64,000 nucleotides of DNA, taken from the NCBI GenBank assembly GCA_951406725.2, contig OX597833.1, forward strand, positions 6,758,001 through 6,822,000. Reading direction: 5' to 3'. How positions within the stretch are numbered: the stretch's first letter is position 1; every line of letters starts with the position of its first letter. A model generated the notes under the pieces. The model made no database searches. It saw only the letters and a list, made by a program, of their open reading frames with translations, and was not told where the DNA came from. The position numbers and the translations under genes are program-made. The DNA is from Octopus vulgaris. Lineage: Eukaryota. Of this stretch, positions 14,172 through 29,634 are shown piece by piece.

Positions 14172-14744
14172 TTCTTCTTCTTCTTCTTCTTCTTCTTCTT
14201 CTTCTTCTTCTTCTTCTTCTTCTTCTTCTTCTTCTTCTTTCCGTTACTCATCCTTTGTTGACTTTCTGTTCATTTTCTTCTACCACACCCAACACCTCCG
14301 CCACATTCATCAGTGCCCCACCCACTATCGTCATCAGCGCCACGACTATTACCATCACCACCACCACCACCACCACTTCCACCATCACCACCGTATCACC
14401 ACCACTTTCGTCATTATAACCACCACTACCACAACCACCAACATCAACATCACAACCATCATCCTCATCACCGCCGCCGCCACCGCCACCACCACCATTA
14501 CCCTCGTGCAGCGAGGAAGATGGAGGGAAGCAACTGGTGACATAGGATATAAGGGGAAGCGACGTGTCGTCTTCTTCAATAAGTTCTGCTCGAGTGGACA
14601 GTGATAGATAGGTTGTAATGTGTCATGGCGGCTCACGTCATCAGAACAACTGGACTGTTAGGAGCGGGGGGAGGGCGGCGACCAACGTCACACATACATA
14701 CATACATACATACATATGTATATATATATGTATGTATATATATA

Positions 14745-14787
<43 letters not shown>

Positions 14788-14853
14788 GTATATATATATA
14801 TGAATGTTTATATATATATATGAATGTTTATATATATATATGTATGTGTATAT

Positions 14854-14923
<70 letters not shown>

Positions 14924-16311
14924 ATTTTTGCATATATCTGTATATATATGTATGCCTACATATGAACACTGATACACACGCATATGTGTGTAAGTGTATG
15001 GCTGTATGTATGTTGTTTGTGTGTGTATATGTGTATGTATATAGAAATATATATACACATACTTAAAGTTGATATACTTTCATTTATGACTGATCGTATG
15101 CGTGTGTGAGTATGTTTATATATATACACACACACACACACATATATGATTGAGTGTTTATATTATATATCATATATATATATAAATAAATGCATCTCTA
15201 TACATGTGCACACACACACACACACACGTACACACACAGAGGCTTGTTTTTGTGTGCGTGAGCGCACACGTATGTGTAAAAAACGTGACTGCTGTACAAG
15301 AAATAAACCCCCCCTCCTTCTGACCAATTTGTGGAAATGTTTCCAAGTAAAGAATCTTGGTCATTTGACACTCGTAATCTTTACATCAAGCGAGTTTTCT
15401 CTTCTCAAAGGTTTTTTTTTTTCACGAAAATTTTCTTTGCGATAATTTTTTGTAATTTGCTTTCATCATTCATCTTTCATTTAATATGTTTAATTCTTGT
15501 AAAGCAGGGGAAATTTATACACCCACAGCCCTTCGCTTCTGATATTCACCCTGTTATAGCAAATGTATCTTATAAGCATCACAGAAATCACGTTTGGCGC
15601 CGGGTGCCTTTCAGATACCCACCTCTTCAGACATAGGACATGATGCTGTTACCTTACCTTAAGCGTGTACATCGAAAACATTGATGAAATTTGAACTGAT
15701 AAATAGTTGGTCCGTAGCTGAAACCTTAACTTTTTGGAAAATATAATTTTACTGGGGTTAATCCCCTAAAGTTTTTCTCGTATTTTTAGCATCTTAGACT
15801 GAGATTCTTTCTACCAATCGTTTGGATAATCTCATTTTATCAAGTTTTTTTTTTTCAATATATTGTATTACGTAAGTGTAACTTTATGATACCTGTATTC
15901 ATTATGTAGGATGCTTGGTTGCGAACTCAGTATCTAAAGAATTACTTTTCCCGAAGTTCTAACGTTTCTGTCAATTCAGGACCCGATTCTGCTTTAAATA
16001 GTAAAAGTTTCTTTTACACAAATATAAATTTATAATTCATGCAACTGAATTATTTGGAACAGAGATAACTAACTTTGATGTTAGGTCGCTTCATAAATAT
16101 GACGAAACAATTACGCAAGCTTTTGATGTGACTTATTCATTTGCACAAAGTTGCTGTTCTCATGAATATATATGTACAAGTGTACGTAATGGAAGACATC
16201 TGTTCTTTGATTTGTTAATATTCATATATGACAACATCTGTTGACAAATATAAGGTGAAACAAAGGATACACACATTTTTCTTACAAATTTTTTTCAGAT
16301 TAACAAAATAA

Positions 16312-16623
16312 CCGTGGACAGGATATCTCAAGAACTACTGGATGGATTCGGATGTAACTTTCAGAGATGTTTCGCCTTGTGGCTGGCAGGAACTGATTAG
16401 ATTTTGGGATCAATCCGGTACCAGACAAGGATTCTGGATTATTTTTCCGTTTTCTTTTTTTTACTTAATTTTTGAGAGCGGTCGGGTTCATTTTTAGTAT
16501 TCTGGATTGTGAAAGTAGTCGAGTTTATTCTGATATTCTCATTTTAAAAATCATCTCCGATTAATCGTTGAGAAGATGTTGGTGTTGTCTTGGCGGTGGT
16601 TTGCGCTCTTTGAGTGCTCTTGT
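16312..16623 (+). mobile_element. 5'-truncated Helentron-type non-autonomous element (HINE/DINE-1-like)
   Basis: Homologous to 23435-23948; ends in ggcggtggt plus the hairpin gcgctctttgagtgc. Confidence 0.7.
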
Positions 16624-17022
16624 TTCTGTTTAAAATCTCCTTTTCATTGTGACTAAATGTTTATTTGAATCAAATTAAAACGAACGGCAAAAAAAGTATA
16701 AATTTCACATATGATTTATAATTTGTGCTCAACGGCTGTTTCAGTGGCATAAAACATCATTATATATATAATTACGAAATTAAAATTCACAATCAATCTA
16801 ATAATTTTAAAATGATGTGTTACTTATATCATCAGGAACAAAAATATATATACAATCAGGAAATGGCATTCATGAATCAGTCCAATTCACATTGGAAATG
16901 AACGAAAGGAATTTCCTCTTCTAGAAATTTAGTAATCAATGAAATTGTGATTATTGCAACCAATCTCCACTGCAAGGATACGCAGAAATAGTTAAATGTT
17001 GCATCTTGTCATCCGCATTATT

Positions 17023-17124
<102 letters not shown>

Positions 17125-17194
17125 TGCACACACACACACGCATGTACACACACATACATACACATATACACACATACACATATATATTTATATA

Positions 17195-17915
17195 CAATAG
17201 TTATGAACCCAAGTAGACGAGAGAGACGAAAGATAGAACTAAAATTACTCCTCCAGAGCCAAAGAAACTTGTAAACCTTAGTAAACAATGCCATAAGTAA
17301 AACAAAAGAGATCCCAATCCTTGACCAACGGATAAATTCTCTCAATGAGGGAAAAGACCCAAACAGAAATATCAGATTTGTAGTCACTCACAATCCCATA
17401 AAACAATACAACTTACATTCGGCAAAACGCCACTGTCTTGTTTTACGTCAGTCATACTAAAGAATCAGAAATTATTTACTAAGACAAGTATTGAATCTTA
17501 AAGACTCTTAACAAAGCTGAAATTCACATGAAAAGAAATACTGCAATTGAAAATATTTGAAGAACTTTATTGTAGAATGTGTGATTTGATTGAACAGCGT
17601 ACAAGTAAAAGTTCAAGAATGGGGAACAATTTGAAGTTAATGCATAAAAACATCTATTTTACTAGCAATACATGTCCATAATACAATGAAAAGTATATTG
17701 GTCAAGCAAGCAGAAGACTAATAGACTGAGTCAGGATACATAAACAACAAACCATCTATTCATTCTTTAGGAATGTTTAATGTAGTGAATATCTAGATTT
17801 TTATGCGAACGAAAAGTTCAGATTATTCCCCTTTTACCACAATGGCAATTATGAATTAATCATGAAAAGCAAAAGAAGAACATTTTATAAAGATTATCAA
17901 TCTGAAACTAGACCA
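17195..17915 (+). mobile_element. Penelope-like element remnant (linker plus GIY-YIG)
   Basis: IRFVVTHNP, CRMCDLIEQ, TCP*YNEKYIGQASRRLID*VRIHKQQ, LFPFYH, KEEHFIK. Confidence 0.75.
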
Positions 17916-18451
17916 AAATTAATGAATAATTATTAATTATAAATTTAAGAAAATCACACTTCAAATATTATCATATCAAAAGACTATATATATACATATG
18001 TGTGTATATATATATATATATATACGCGCATTCATACGTATATGCATGCATACACACAACCTTAATTCACACGTATATACATACATTCTCACATATACAC
18101 ACACGTATGACTACATAAATACATACATACATAGATACATACACTTATTCAGTGTATCTTAAGAGAGTGTAGACACATGACTTAAACATAAAAAAGAAAC
18201 TATGAAAAAAGCTCTTCTACTTCTCCCGCCTAATTAATGGAGACGGTGGGAAGGGTGTTCGGTCGTCGTCGTCGTTGTTGTTGTTGTTGTTGATGCGTTT
18301 TTCAAGGAATTACATTCAGATGCGTTTCATGATTTACAATGACAAATTAGAGAGCTGTGCTTGTGTGTGTCTGTTTGTGCTTGTGTGTGTGCGTGTGTGT
18401 GTGTGTGTGTGTGTGCCCGAGTGCATATGTACCGACTTCTAAGGGTGTAAT

Positions 18452-18589
<138 letters not shown>

Positions 18590-18746
18590 TATATATGTGT
18601 TTAAGTGTGTGTTAATTCTTTTGTTCTATGAATAATAAAACCAGTCATTCATTCACTTCTATGCTCTGCAGAAGCACAACCACCACCACCACCACTCCAC
18701 GTAATCTTTATCATTATCACCAACATCATCACCATCATCGTCATCG

Positions 18747-18779
<33 letters not shown>

Positions 18780-18966
18780 ACACCATCATCATCAGCAGCA
18801 GCAGCATGGCCATTTTTTAAAGTTATCCTCCCTTTACTCTCCCTCATATATATTTTTTTTTTTTGTTTCTCAAGTACAGCCGATAACAATTTAATCTTAG
18901 AAGTGGAGATCGTGCTTTTGCTGTTGGAGGTGACAGTGTTGACGATGCTGCTTCTGGTGGCGTTTG

Positions 18967-19041
<75 letters not shown>

Positions 19042-19161
19042 CGATGACGATGATGATGGTGGTGATGATGATATTGATGGCTATGTTTGTTGCGGTGATG
19101 GAGGATGCATTCATAAAAGAATGAATGTTGCAAAATATATGCGCGTATATATATATATATA

Positions 19162-19230
<69 letters not shown>

Positions 19231-19233
19231 ATG

Positions 19234-19272
<39 letters not shown>

Positions 19273-19690
19273 ATAGAGACATCTAGCTACCGTCCGTCTA
19301 TGGAAGCTCTTCAAGAAAGTATTTCTTCTTCCCCTCTTGATTATTGTTGCCGAAATTCATTTATTTTTCTCTTCTCAACATCTTATTCTTCATCATTCAA
19401 AATTCTAAGGACAATTATTCTATGTTTGAGAATACCTGTGGTAGACTAGATATATACACACACACATACACACACTCAAATATACGAACACACAAGCACA
19501 CATTCACGCAGACACACACATATATACACACATACTCGCACACAAACACACGCACACACACACACACACTCATGAGCTGTACCAAAAGTAATGCAAACGG
19601 GACAGTCTTTATTAACTGGCATTGGTTGTTCAAATCATTGATAGTAAAAGTTTCACTACAGCAGTGAAGTCAACCATTTCTTACCAATCA

Positions 19691-20087
19691 GGAGTGGTTG
19701 TGTGGTAAGTAGCTTGCTTACCAACCACATGGTTCTGGATTCAGTCCCACTGCATGGCACCTTCTACTATAGCCTCAGGCCGACCAAAGCCTTGTGAGTG
19801 GATTTGGTAGACGGAAACTGAAAGAAGCCCGTCGTATATATGTATATGTATATATGTGTGTGTGTGTTTGTATGTCTGTGTTTGTCCCCCCAACATCGCT
19901 TGACAACCGATGTTGGTGTGCTTACAACCCCGTAACTTAGCGGTTCGGCAAAAGAAACCGATAGAATAAGTACTAGGCTTCCAAAGAAAATGTCCTGGGG
20001 TCGATTTGCTCGACTAAATGTGGTGCTCCAGCATGGCCGCAGTCAAATGACTGAAACAAGTAAAAGAGTAAAAGAGTAAAAGAGTAA
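19691..20087 (+). mobile_element. Near full-length family-A SINE with (AGTAAAAG)n tail
   Basis: tRNA-like head ggagtggttgtgtggtaag..ggattcagtccc, internal TA/TG tract, repeated tail. Confidence 0.9.
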
Positions 20088-20107
20088 ATCAACCCCTTTC
20101 ATTATTA

Positions 20108-20529
20108 CCGTAAATACTCGGCTATAAGTCGCACTTTTTCCCCTTGAAATTTTCACCTAAAGTTGGGGGTACGACTTATAAGCGCATCCTATAAAACAAA
20201 AATCTTCAGATATTTTCAAGGTTCAAACCACGTCTGAAGTTCCGACACTTGGAATAAGCGAAAAGGATAATTCTTACATTATAAACAACGGTTTCTGAAA
20301 TACATGGGATTAGTGGGATAACGGTTGTTGTGAGACAACTTCAGCTTACTAAAAGCTCGGTTACCGCGCAACAACTATGTCGGCGCGATTCCTAATCGAA
20401 CTTTGCTCTCAAACATCAAAAACGTCGCTGCGACTTAAAGTCGGGTCAATGGTAAAATTCCCGATTCGAATCTTGTAAGTCGGGGGTGCGTCTTATAGAC
20501 GAGGGCGTTTTATAGTCGAGTATATACGC
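20108..20529. mobile_element. pogo/Tc2-type MITE
   Basis: TIRs ccgtaaatactcggctataa / ttatagtcgagtatatacgc with TA on both sides. Confidence 0.75.
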
Positions 20530-20856
20530 TATTTTATTCTGGTGGACCCTATTACCATTCGATGTTTAAAAAACTAGTTTTATAGATACTCCTTTCAGAA
20601 TTCACATGTTGTTTCTCGCATATTTCAGTGGCCAAAAACATGTTAAATTATGTAAAACAAAGAAAGAAATCCAGCTGTTTCTTGCAATACGTAAATACTT
20701 CTGGTAGAGATTATTTTCATGGACCTTTAACATAATATTATGGAACCCCAACATACTATTTTGCTTGTGCGGACACCCAAAAATCCCATTGGGAGTTATA
20801 TTGACCACGATAGAGAATCACTGTTCTAGAGTAACAGTTATTCATTGCATATAAGA

Positions 20857-21410
20857 TATGGGTTCCCAGCGGAAGCAACACGCAGTCATTGAGTTCTTGG
20901 TTGAGAAGTATTGGCTGTTCGACATTCACAGAAGGTTACAGTTTGTTTACCGAGATGTCGCTATTGACATGAACAACACACACAAATGGATGAGGAAGTT
21001 TAAAGAAGATTAGAGATTATTTTCATGGACCTTTAACATAATATTATGGAACCCCAACATACTATTTTGCTTGTGCGGACACCCAAAAAGTCACCTATAT
21101 AAGTTTAAAGAAGGAGAAGACCAGCATCGAAGACAAACCAAACAGTAAGAGTTTTATCGCATGCTACCTCCAAAAAGAATTAGCATCGATTGAATGGAAT
21201 TATTCGCGTGGAACGATGAGTCGTAACCTGTGAGTTTGTGGCACATCTGGACTGTGGTCGCAAAGCATTTTGGAAGATGGTGGAAGAATACGAGGATCGG
21301 AAATTGGGTAGAAAGTGGGTACCTCGGCAGGTGACAACCGAATTGAAAGACAGAAGTGGAAAAACTACTCTTACATCCTGGAAGAGCGTGAAGTCAATGA
21401 AGAAATGTTC
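20857..21410 (+). mobile_element. Mariner transposase N-terminal remnant, interrupted by an insertion
   Basis: QHAVIEFLV, DIHRRLQFVY, KWMRKFKEG, SIEDKP, KWVPRQVT. Confidence 0.75.
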
Positions 21411-21642
21411 CCCCCCACCCACCCTTAGTCTGATAACAAGGGAGGAGGTATGAGGTGGTTTCTATGGTGCGGAAAATAAGTCTCCCTGTCGATTGGCAGC
21501 GGTGGTGGTTTTGGTGGTGGTGGTGGTGGTGGTGTTGACGATTCTTCAAATCTGAAATGCAGACCAATTGAATTTTATCGCTGATTTTATGCTTTTGTGA
21601 AGATAAATACTAATTTGCATAAAATACACATTCACATTGATT

Positions 21643-21690
<48 letters not shown>

Positions 21691-21808
21691 TACACGTACT
21701 CACACATGCATGAATACATAAATACATCCCATCCACATATACATACATATATATACATATATACATGTATATAAATAAACATAAATACATACACGCATGC
21801 ATACATAT

Positions 21809-21863
<55 letters not shown>

Positions 21864-22099
21864 TATATATATGCATATATTACATCCGTACTCAGTTTTC
21901 CGTCCATGCATAGATATACCTACAAATACACGTGTATATATTTTACTTATATATAATCACATACGCCGGCGTGTAGATGCGTGCGTACATGTACGTGCGT
22001 ATTTAACCCTAATACAGGGCATAAATCTTGCATGATTAAATTTATATATAAATACATACATATATTACATACATTCATGCATGCCATATAAGCATGCCA

Positions 22100-22170
<71 letters not shown>

Positions 22171-22180
22171 TGCATATATA

Positions 22181-22224
<44 letters not shown>

Positions 22225-22777
22225 TGCATATATATATATGTATATATGTATATATATATATACATACATATATGTATATAAATATGTATATATATACATG
22301 TGTGTATATATATATACATGTATATATATATATATGTATGTATATATATGTATATATATATATATATATATACATACATACATACATAATACATACATAC
22401 ACGTCCACACGCATCCATATCTATATATCATTAACATATCTGCACCTATATGCCATGATATACATACCTTTTCGTATATATTTTATGCGTATATATATAC
22501 GTTTGGGTGTGTATATATATATATACCCGTATACAAATGGTATGTTGTCGCCAGGATGTCTAGTAACAACATACCATACTTCCGTTTACAGTAAGTGATG
22601 TTGGTGGTGGTGTTGTTGTTGTTGGTGGTGGTGATGATGGTGGTGTCGGGGTGCGGTGCAGGGCTGGAAGTGAATGTGTCTGCGTGGGTCATTAGGGTTT
22701 GAACACGAAACCTGAAGGATCTCAAATCATCATTCTGTCTTAAACACACACATGTATATATATATATATATATATAC

Positions 22778-22830
<53 letters not shown>

Positions 22831-22860
22831 CATACATACATACATACATACATACATACA

Positions 22861-22893
<33 letters not shown>

Positions 22894-23204
22894 GCACACA
22901 TGTACACACACATACACACATACACGCACGCACACAGGCACATTCCTTGATATGTACCAGCTGGTGTAGGTGTTTAGCAATAGACAGACTGTAAACTTCT
23001 CTCGTTGTTATTGTTGTTTTATTGTTGTTGTTGTTGTTACTGTGGTTATTAAAAGTAATTATTATTGAATAATAAAAGTTGTTGATATTTTTGTAGTTAT
23101 TGTCGTTGATGTTGTTGTTTGTTATTGTTGTTATTATTGTTGCTGATATTATTATTATTATTATCATTATTGTTATTATTATTATTGATCTTCACACCGG
23201 ACCC

Positions 23205-23375
23205 AATGTGGCATTTCGTCCATCTTCAGGCTCTGAGTTTAAATTTTGCCAACGTCGACTTTGTCTTTCATCCTTTCAGGGCAGTTGAAATAAGTATCAG
23301 CTTCGCACTAGGGTAGATGTAATTGTCTAGCCCCAACCTCCAAAAGTTTAGGCCTTCTGTCTACAGTAAAGATGA
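23205..23375 (+). mobile_element. SINE family C, diverged
   Basis: gagtttaaattttgcc..gtcgactttgtctttcatcctttcagggc. Confidence 0.7.
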
Positions 23376-23434
23376 TAATTATTATTGTTATTAGGATGAT
23401 TAAAATCACTATTATTACCTTTTATTTTCATTAC

Positions 23435-23691
23435 TACCTCCGCCTTCGCTAAGGCAGAGGTATTGTCGTGTTTGCTTGTTTGTCTGTGGACAAGATATCT
23501 CAAGAACCACTGGATGGATTCGGATGAAACTCTCAGGGATGTTTGGCCTCGTGATTGGCACGAACTCGAACTAATTAGGTTTTGGAATCGATCTGATACC
23601 GGACAAGGATTCTGGATTATTTCTTATATTTACTTTACATGAATACGATCTTACGTTGACGAAACATGAAGGTTTTTAAGGCTCTTTATGG

Positions 23692-23751
<60 letters not shown>

Positions 23752-23948
23752 ATCAGGAACCGGACAAGGATTCTGAGATTATGTTTTACTTGTTTTTTTC
23801 GAGAGTGGTCGGCTTCATTTTTAGTATTCTCGCTTGTGAGATCAGTCGAGTTTATTTCAGATATTCTCATTGTAAAAATCATCTTTGGCTAATCGTTGAG
23901 AGGACGTCGGTGTTGCCCCGGCGGAGGTTTGCGCTCCCTGAGTGCTCT
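23435..23948 (+). mobile_element. Helentron-type non-autonomous element (HINE/DINE-1-like)
   Basis: 5' subTIR acctccgcc with local inverted copy ggcagaggt, short GTTT/GTCT tract, 3' subTIR ggcggaggt and terminal hairpin gcgctccctgagtgc. Confidence 0.7.
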
Positions 23949-23998
23949 TATTATAGTTTTTATTATTCTTTTTACTGTTTTTGTTGTTGTTATTGTTG

Positions 23999-24473
23999 TC
24001 CTTCTTCTTCTTCTTCTTCTTCTTCTTCTTCTTCTTCTTCTTCTTCTTCTTCTTCTTCTTCTTCTTCTTCTTCTTCTTCTTCTTCTTCATTCTTCTTCTT
24101 CTTCTTCTTCTTCTTCTTTGCCTTCCTTCTCCTTCTTCTTCTTCTTGTTCTTCTTCTTCTTTTACTTCTTCCTTCTGCTTCTTCTTCTTCTTCTTCTTCT
24201 TCTTCTTCTTCTTCTTCTCCTTCGTCATCTTCTTCTTCTTCGTCTTCTTCTGCTTCTTCTTTTTCTTCTTTTTCTTCTTCTTCCTCTTTCTTCTTCTTCT
24301 TCTTCTTCTTCTTCTTCTTCTTCTTCTTCTTCTTCTTCTCCTTCTTCTTCTTCTTCTTCTTCTTCTTCTTCTTCTTCTTCTTCTTCTTCTTCTTCTTCTT
24401 CTTCTTCTTCTTCTGCTTCTCCTTCTTCTTCTTCTTGTTCTTCTTCTTCTTTTACTTCTTCCTTCTGCTTCTT

Positions 24474-24568
<95 letters not shown>

Positions 24569-24596
24569 CATTATTATTATTATTATATTATCATCA

Positions 24597-24639
<43 letters not shown>

Positions 24640-24889
24640 CATTATTATCATCATCATCATTGCTGATTTTGTTATTAAGGTTGTTGTTATTGTTTCGTTC
24701 TTACTGTTTCCCTTGTTATTATTGCTGTTGTTGTTATGCTTGTTGTTGTTACAGTTCTTCTAGACATTCGTGTTCTTGTTGTTGCAGTTATTGCAGTCGT
24801 CAGCGTTAGTTTAGCTTCTATTGTTCTTGTAGTCACTGTTGCTGCTAATGTTGCTTTCTTGTTGCTGCCACTACTACTACTACTACTAC

Positions 24890-24933
<44 letters not shown>

Positions 24934-25035
24934 CTACTACCACTACTACTACTACTACTATTACCACTACTACTACTATTACTACTACTACTACAACTAC
25001 TATTACTACTACTACCACTACTACTACTACTACTG
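23999..25035. repeat. Compound (CTT)n/(ATT)n/(ACT)n block
   Basis: Direct inspection. Confidence 0.95.
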
Positions 25036-25347
25036 CACCGAAATCAACAGATGGTGCCTGGCAGGATACTTAACTCTCGGCTTTCCCTTCGTTATGTTTT
25101 TGTCAGTGAGTTAAACAGGAAACGGCACAAAATGGCCGCCGTATCTTCCTTGGAGCCTTCAAGTTGATAAGAATGACTAGAGGGGTATGTGAGCGGAAGA
25201 AGGGCCCGTGGATGTTTTTGAGGAATCAACTTATTAAAACCCACTGGATGGTAAGATCACCGTTGCAAGACTACGCCTCTCCGCCTGTGTTTGCGCGCAC
25301 ACACACACAAAGATAAAGAGACAGGGGGATGTGCATATATTTATACT

Positions 25348-25390
<43 letters not shown>

Positions 25391-25669
25391 CACTGTTTTG
25401 TTGCTAAATTACTAAGACACAAAGGTGTAAACAAACCAGCACCGGCTTTCAAGTGATGAGAGACAAACACGAAGGTACACACTCATCTACATATTCATAC
25501 ATACATGCATGTATATGTATGGAATCGCCATATTTTTCCCATATCTGCCATCTCTGAAGAGCGTGTGGGATCTATAACTGCCCTCTTATCTAATATCCGG
25601 TCACACAATACAAAACCAAATGGTAAGATACTTTGCTTAATATGTATTTGTGTGTGTGTGTGTCGGTGC

Positions 25670-25711
<42 letters not shown>

Positions 25712-26104
25712 AGCTAGCCATACACACACATATATATTTACTGACTTAAAGAGAACGGTTAGAAAATATTAATAGTGAAGTGAATATTTCGTTGCTATAC
25801 TAATGTTACGATGTGAAACTAAAGAAAGTCACATTTCAACTGTAAGCCACCCTTGGTACCTTACTGCTCCCGGTTCAAATCCAACTGTGGGTGCAATACA
25901 TTGAAAGAAACGATTTGTTTCTGATTTGAACTCGCACCGAAAACATAACATGGTGATATCGTGTAATGTGGCACCCAATGTAAGTTTATGAAATTAATAG
26001 ATTATAGAGATTATAGCGGATAATTTGTCATATGATATACGGAAACAAATTAGTGGTGTTAGAAGAGTGTTAAATTTCTTTCACTCAGAAACGTTTGACT
26101 AAAG

Positions 26105-26276
26105 GCTTTTTGAGGGGCGGGGGGAATAGTCGATTACTGGTACTTAATTTATCGCTCCCAAAAGGATGAAAGGTAAAGTCGACCTCGGTAGGATTTGAAC
26201 TCTGAACGTAACGACGGACAAAATGCCGCTAAGCATTTTTCCCGGCATGCTAACGATTCTGCCAGCACACCGCCTT
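26105..26276 (-). mobile_element. SINE family C
   Basis: ctggtacttaatttatcg..aaggatgaaagg..gctaacgattctgccagc. Confidence 0.8.
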
Positions 26277-26278
26277 TA

Positions 26279-26334
<56 letters not shown>

Positions 26335-27411
26335 TTCTCTTATTATATAAGTGTTAAAAACTAATCTATTTTAATTTCCTTCTTTCCTTCATTATTAAAT
26401 TATTTTCACCCTCTCCTTCAATATTTCCATTCTAGCATCACCAATCTCCTGCTCTCTGTCTACACACGTACATATATGCACACATACACACATGAACACA
26501 TAGATACATACGCATATAAATATATATATACATACACACACACCCACTTATTTTTATATATGTATATAGATATGTATATGTATTTATGTATGTATGTACG
26601 TATATAGATATGTATGTATGTGTATATATACACATGTGTATAAACATGCACATACTTCTATACATATACATATATACAAAGATATAGACACATATATATA
26701 TATATATGCATACATATTTATGTACATATGTATGGATAGATATGCATATATGTGCACATACTTATATACACATGCATATCTATACACGTAAATCTACCTA
26801 TTTCTCTCTCTCTCTCTCTCTTTCTCTCCCTGTATGTATGTATATATATATATATATATATATATACACGCATACACGTAAACACGTAAGAGGGTGTATA
26901 TAAGTAGAACTACAAGGATTATATGGTCGGTTTGGTTTTCAGAAAATTCATTTCCAAATCAAAGAGTGATTAAGTTGTCTAAAATTACAGACAGAACTTA
27001 ATTGTACCAATGTTGGGTTGAAACGGAACCTAGAGAGGTTCGTGCGTCTTAATTAACTCACTAATTAGAGCCTAATTTAAATTATATTGTATGGAGAGGC
27101 ACATACACACACACACTCATATATTATGAAGGTAGACATACTCATAAAATATGTGTGTGTGTTTGTATGTAACTCTCTCTCTCACTCTCTCTCTCTCCCT
27201 CTCTCTCTCTCACTCTCTCTCTCTCACTCTCTCTCTCTCCCTCTCTCTCCTGAGTGTAGTGTCTATTTGTGTGTGATGGAGAACAATTGTTTTACGATTT
27301 TACGACTGAGAATAAAATGTTATACATTTACAAGGAAGATATGTAGGAAGTATTTATCCATTGTCAATACGTGTGAATATTTATATATATATATATATAT
27401 ATGCGTGTGTA

Positions 27412-27454
<43 letters not shown>

Positions 27455-27459
<5 letters not shown>

Positions 27460-27633
27460 GAATTTACAAAGAAACAAAAGACGAAGGCGGGTGTGCAAAC
27501 AACAAACGGATGTATCAGTTTAACGCTCGGGAAGTCAGAAAGTCTTTTATGTTTCGAGCCTACGCTCTTCTACAGAAAGGAAAACAGAACTAAACAGGGA
27601 GAGAAAATAGAATAAGGGTTTAGTGGCTAGCGA

Positions 27634-27637
<4 letters not shown>
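27455..27637 (-). mobile_element. Family H2 hammerhead element (motif at 27544-27579, core CUGUAGA, helix III mutated)
   Basis: Homologous to 7838-8042 and lies between TA tracts. Confidence 0.8.
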
Positions 27638-27693
<56 letters not shown>

Positions 27694-27769
27694 CAATGAA
27701 AACGTGAAACCGGCCCTTATGAGCCAGGTGTGGCTCGAGAAGGAGCAACACAACCTACCAACCTGTCCA

Positions 27770-27791
27770 TCTATCTATCTATCTAACTATG

Positions 27792-27849
<58 letters not shown>

Positions 27850-27860
27850 ATCTAACTATG

Positions 27861-27926
<66 letters not shown>

Positions 27927-27932
27927 ACTATG

Positions 27933-27968
<36 letters not shown>

Positions 27969-27990
27969 CATCTATCTATCTATCTGTCTA

Positions 27991-28065
<75 letters not shown>
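27770..28065. repeat. (CTAT)n switching to (GATA)n at a tctaga junction
   Basis: Direct inspection. Confidence 0.9.
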
Positions 28066-28095
28066 GTGCTATACAACACACATTTAAATTCATGT

Positions 28096-28133
<38 letters not shown>

Positions 28134-28152
28134 GAAGAGAGAGGTAGAGAGA

Positions 28153-28195
<43 letters not shown>

Positions 28196-28671
28196 CGCGT
28201 GTGTGTGTAATTTGTAGCAGAAATAGGTGAAATCTATTTCCCAGATAAGAATGGTCAGGTTCCATAATTCCAGATAATACCATTTTCCATTCATAGAATC
28301 CACTTCCTGCCGGTGGGTCTTTTGTGATTTATCAATAAACCAAAAGGGAGGGGAGCGGTTGGGTGGAGGGGTGGGTGGGTAGTATGGTGGTGGTAGGAGA
28401 AGAGGGAGGGGCAAGTTTCCGTGTGTGTGAGATGTGTGCTAATATGTATGTGTTTGTGTGTGAGGTGGAGTGGATTTGTGCATGCATGCTTGTGTGTATG
28501 TGGAATGTGTGTGTGTGAGTGAATGGAGAAAAAAATTTGTGTTTCACGAACAATGTCTGTGTGTAAATTTGTATATGAGTGTGTGTGTCTGTGCGACATT
28601 ACTTATATGTGCGTATATGTGTTCGTGTGTATGGGTGTGCTTAATTAGTGTGTAAGAAGAAGAAAAAGAAG

Positions 28672-28703
<32 letters not shown>

Positions 28704-28988
28704 GAAAAAGAAGAAGAAGAAGAAGAAGAAGAAGAAGAAGAAGAAGAAGAAGAAGAAGGTGGTGGTGGTGGTGGTGGTGGTGGTGGTGGTGGTGGTGATG
28801 GTGGAGGAGGAGGAGGAAGAGGAGGTGAGAGAGAAAGGGAGTAGAGGTAGAGGGGATTAGAAACATAGATATACAATCTTGTAATCTTACTCTAAAGGGA
28901 ATTACTGGTATCAAATTTCAGAATTTTCGATATCAAATCGAACGCCAGGCCGAAAGTTAGATACATACGCACATGCATACATAAATAC

Positions 28989-29019
<31 letters not shown>

Positions 29020-29169
29020 CATACATACATACATACATACATACATACATGCGTACATACATGCATGCATTCATACACATACATACATACACACACACAC
29101 ATACATACATACATACATACATACATACATACATACATACATACATACATACACACATACATACACACA

Positions 29170-29200
<31 letters not shown>

Positions 29201-29345
29201 GCATACATACACACACAAATACATACACACATACACATGTGTGTGTGTGTGTTTGTGAGTGTGCACGCCTGTGTGTGTGCTTTTGTGTATATATGTGTGT
29301 GTATTATATATATATATAAATATATACACAGACATATATATATGC

Positions 29346-29387
<42 letters not shown>

Positions 29388-29458
29388 ATACATACGCGAA
29401 TATGTTTATGCCTGTTTATATATATGTGTGTGTGTACATTAATGTATATACATACATG

Positions 29459-29515
<57 letters not shown>

Positions 29516-29593
29516 ATATATATATACATGCAAAAATATATAAATATACACATATGTGTATGTAGGTGTGTGTATGTCTGTGTGCATATATAT

Positions 29594-29634
<41 letters not shown>

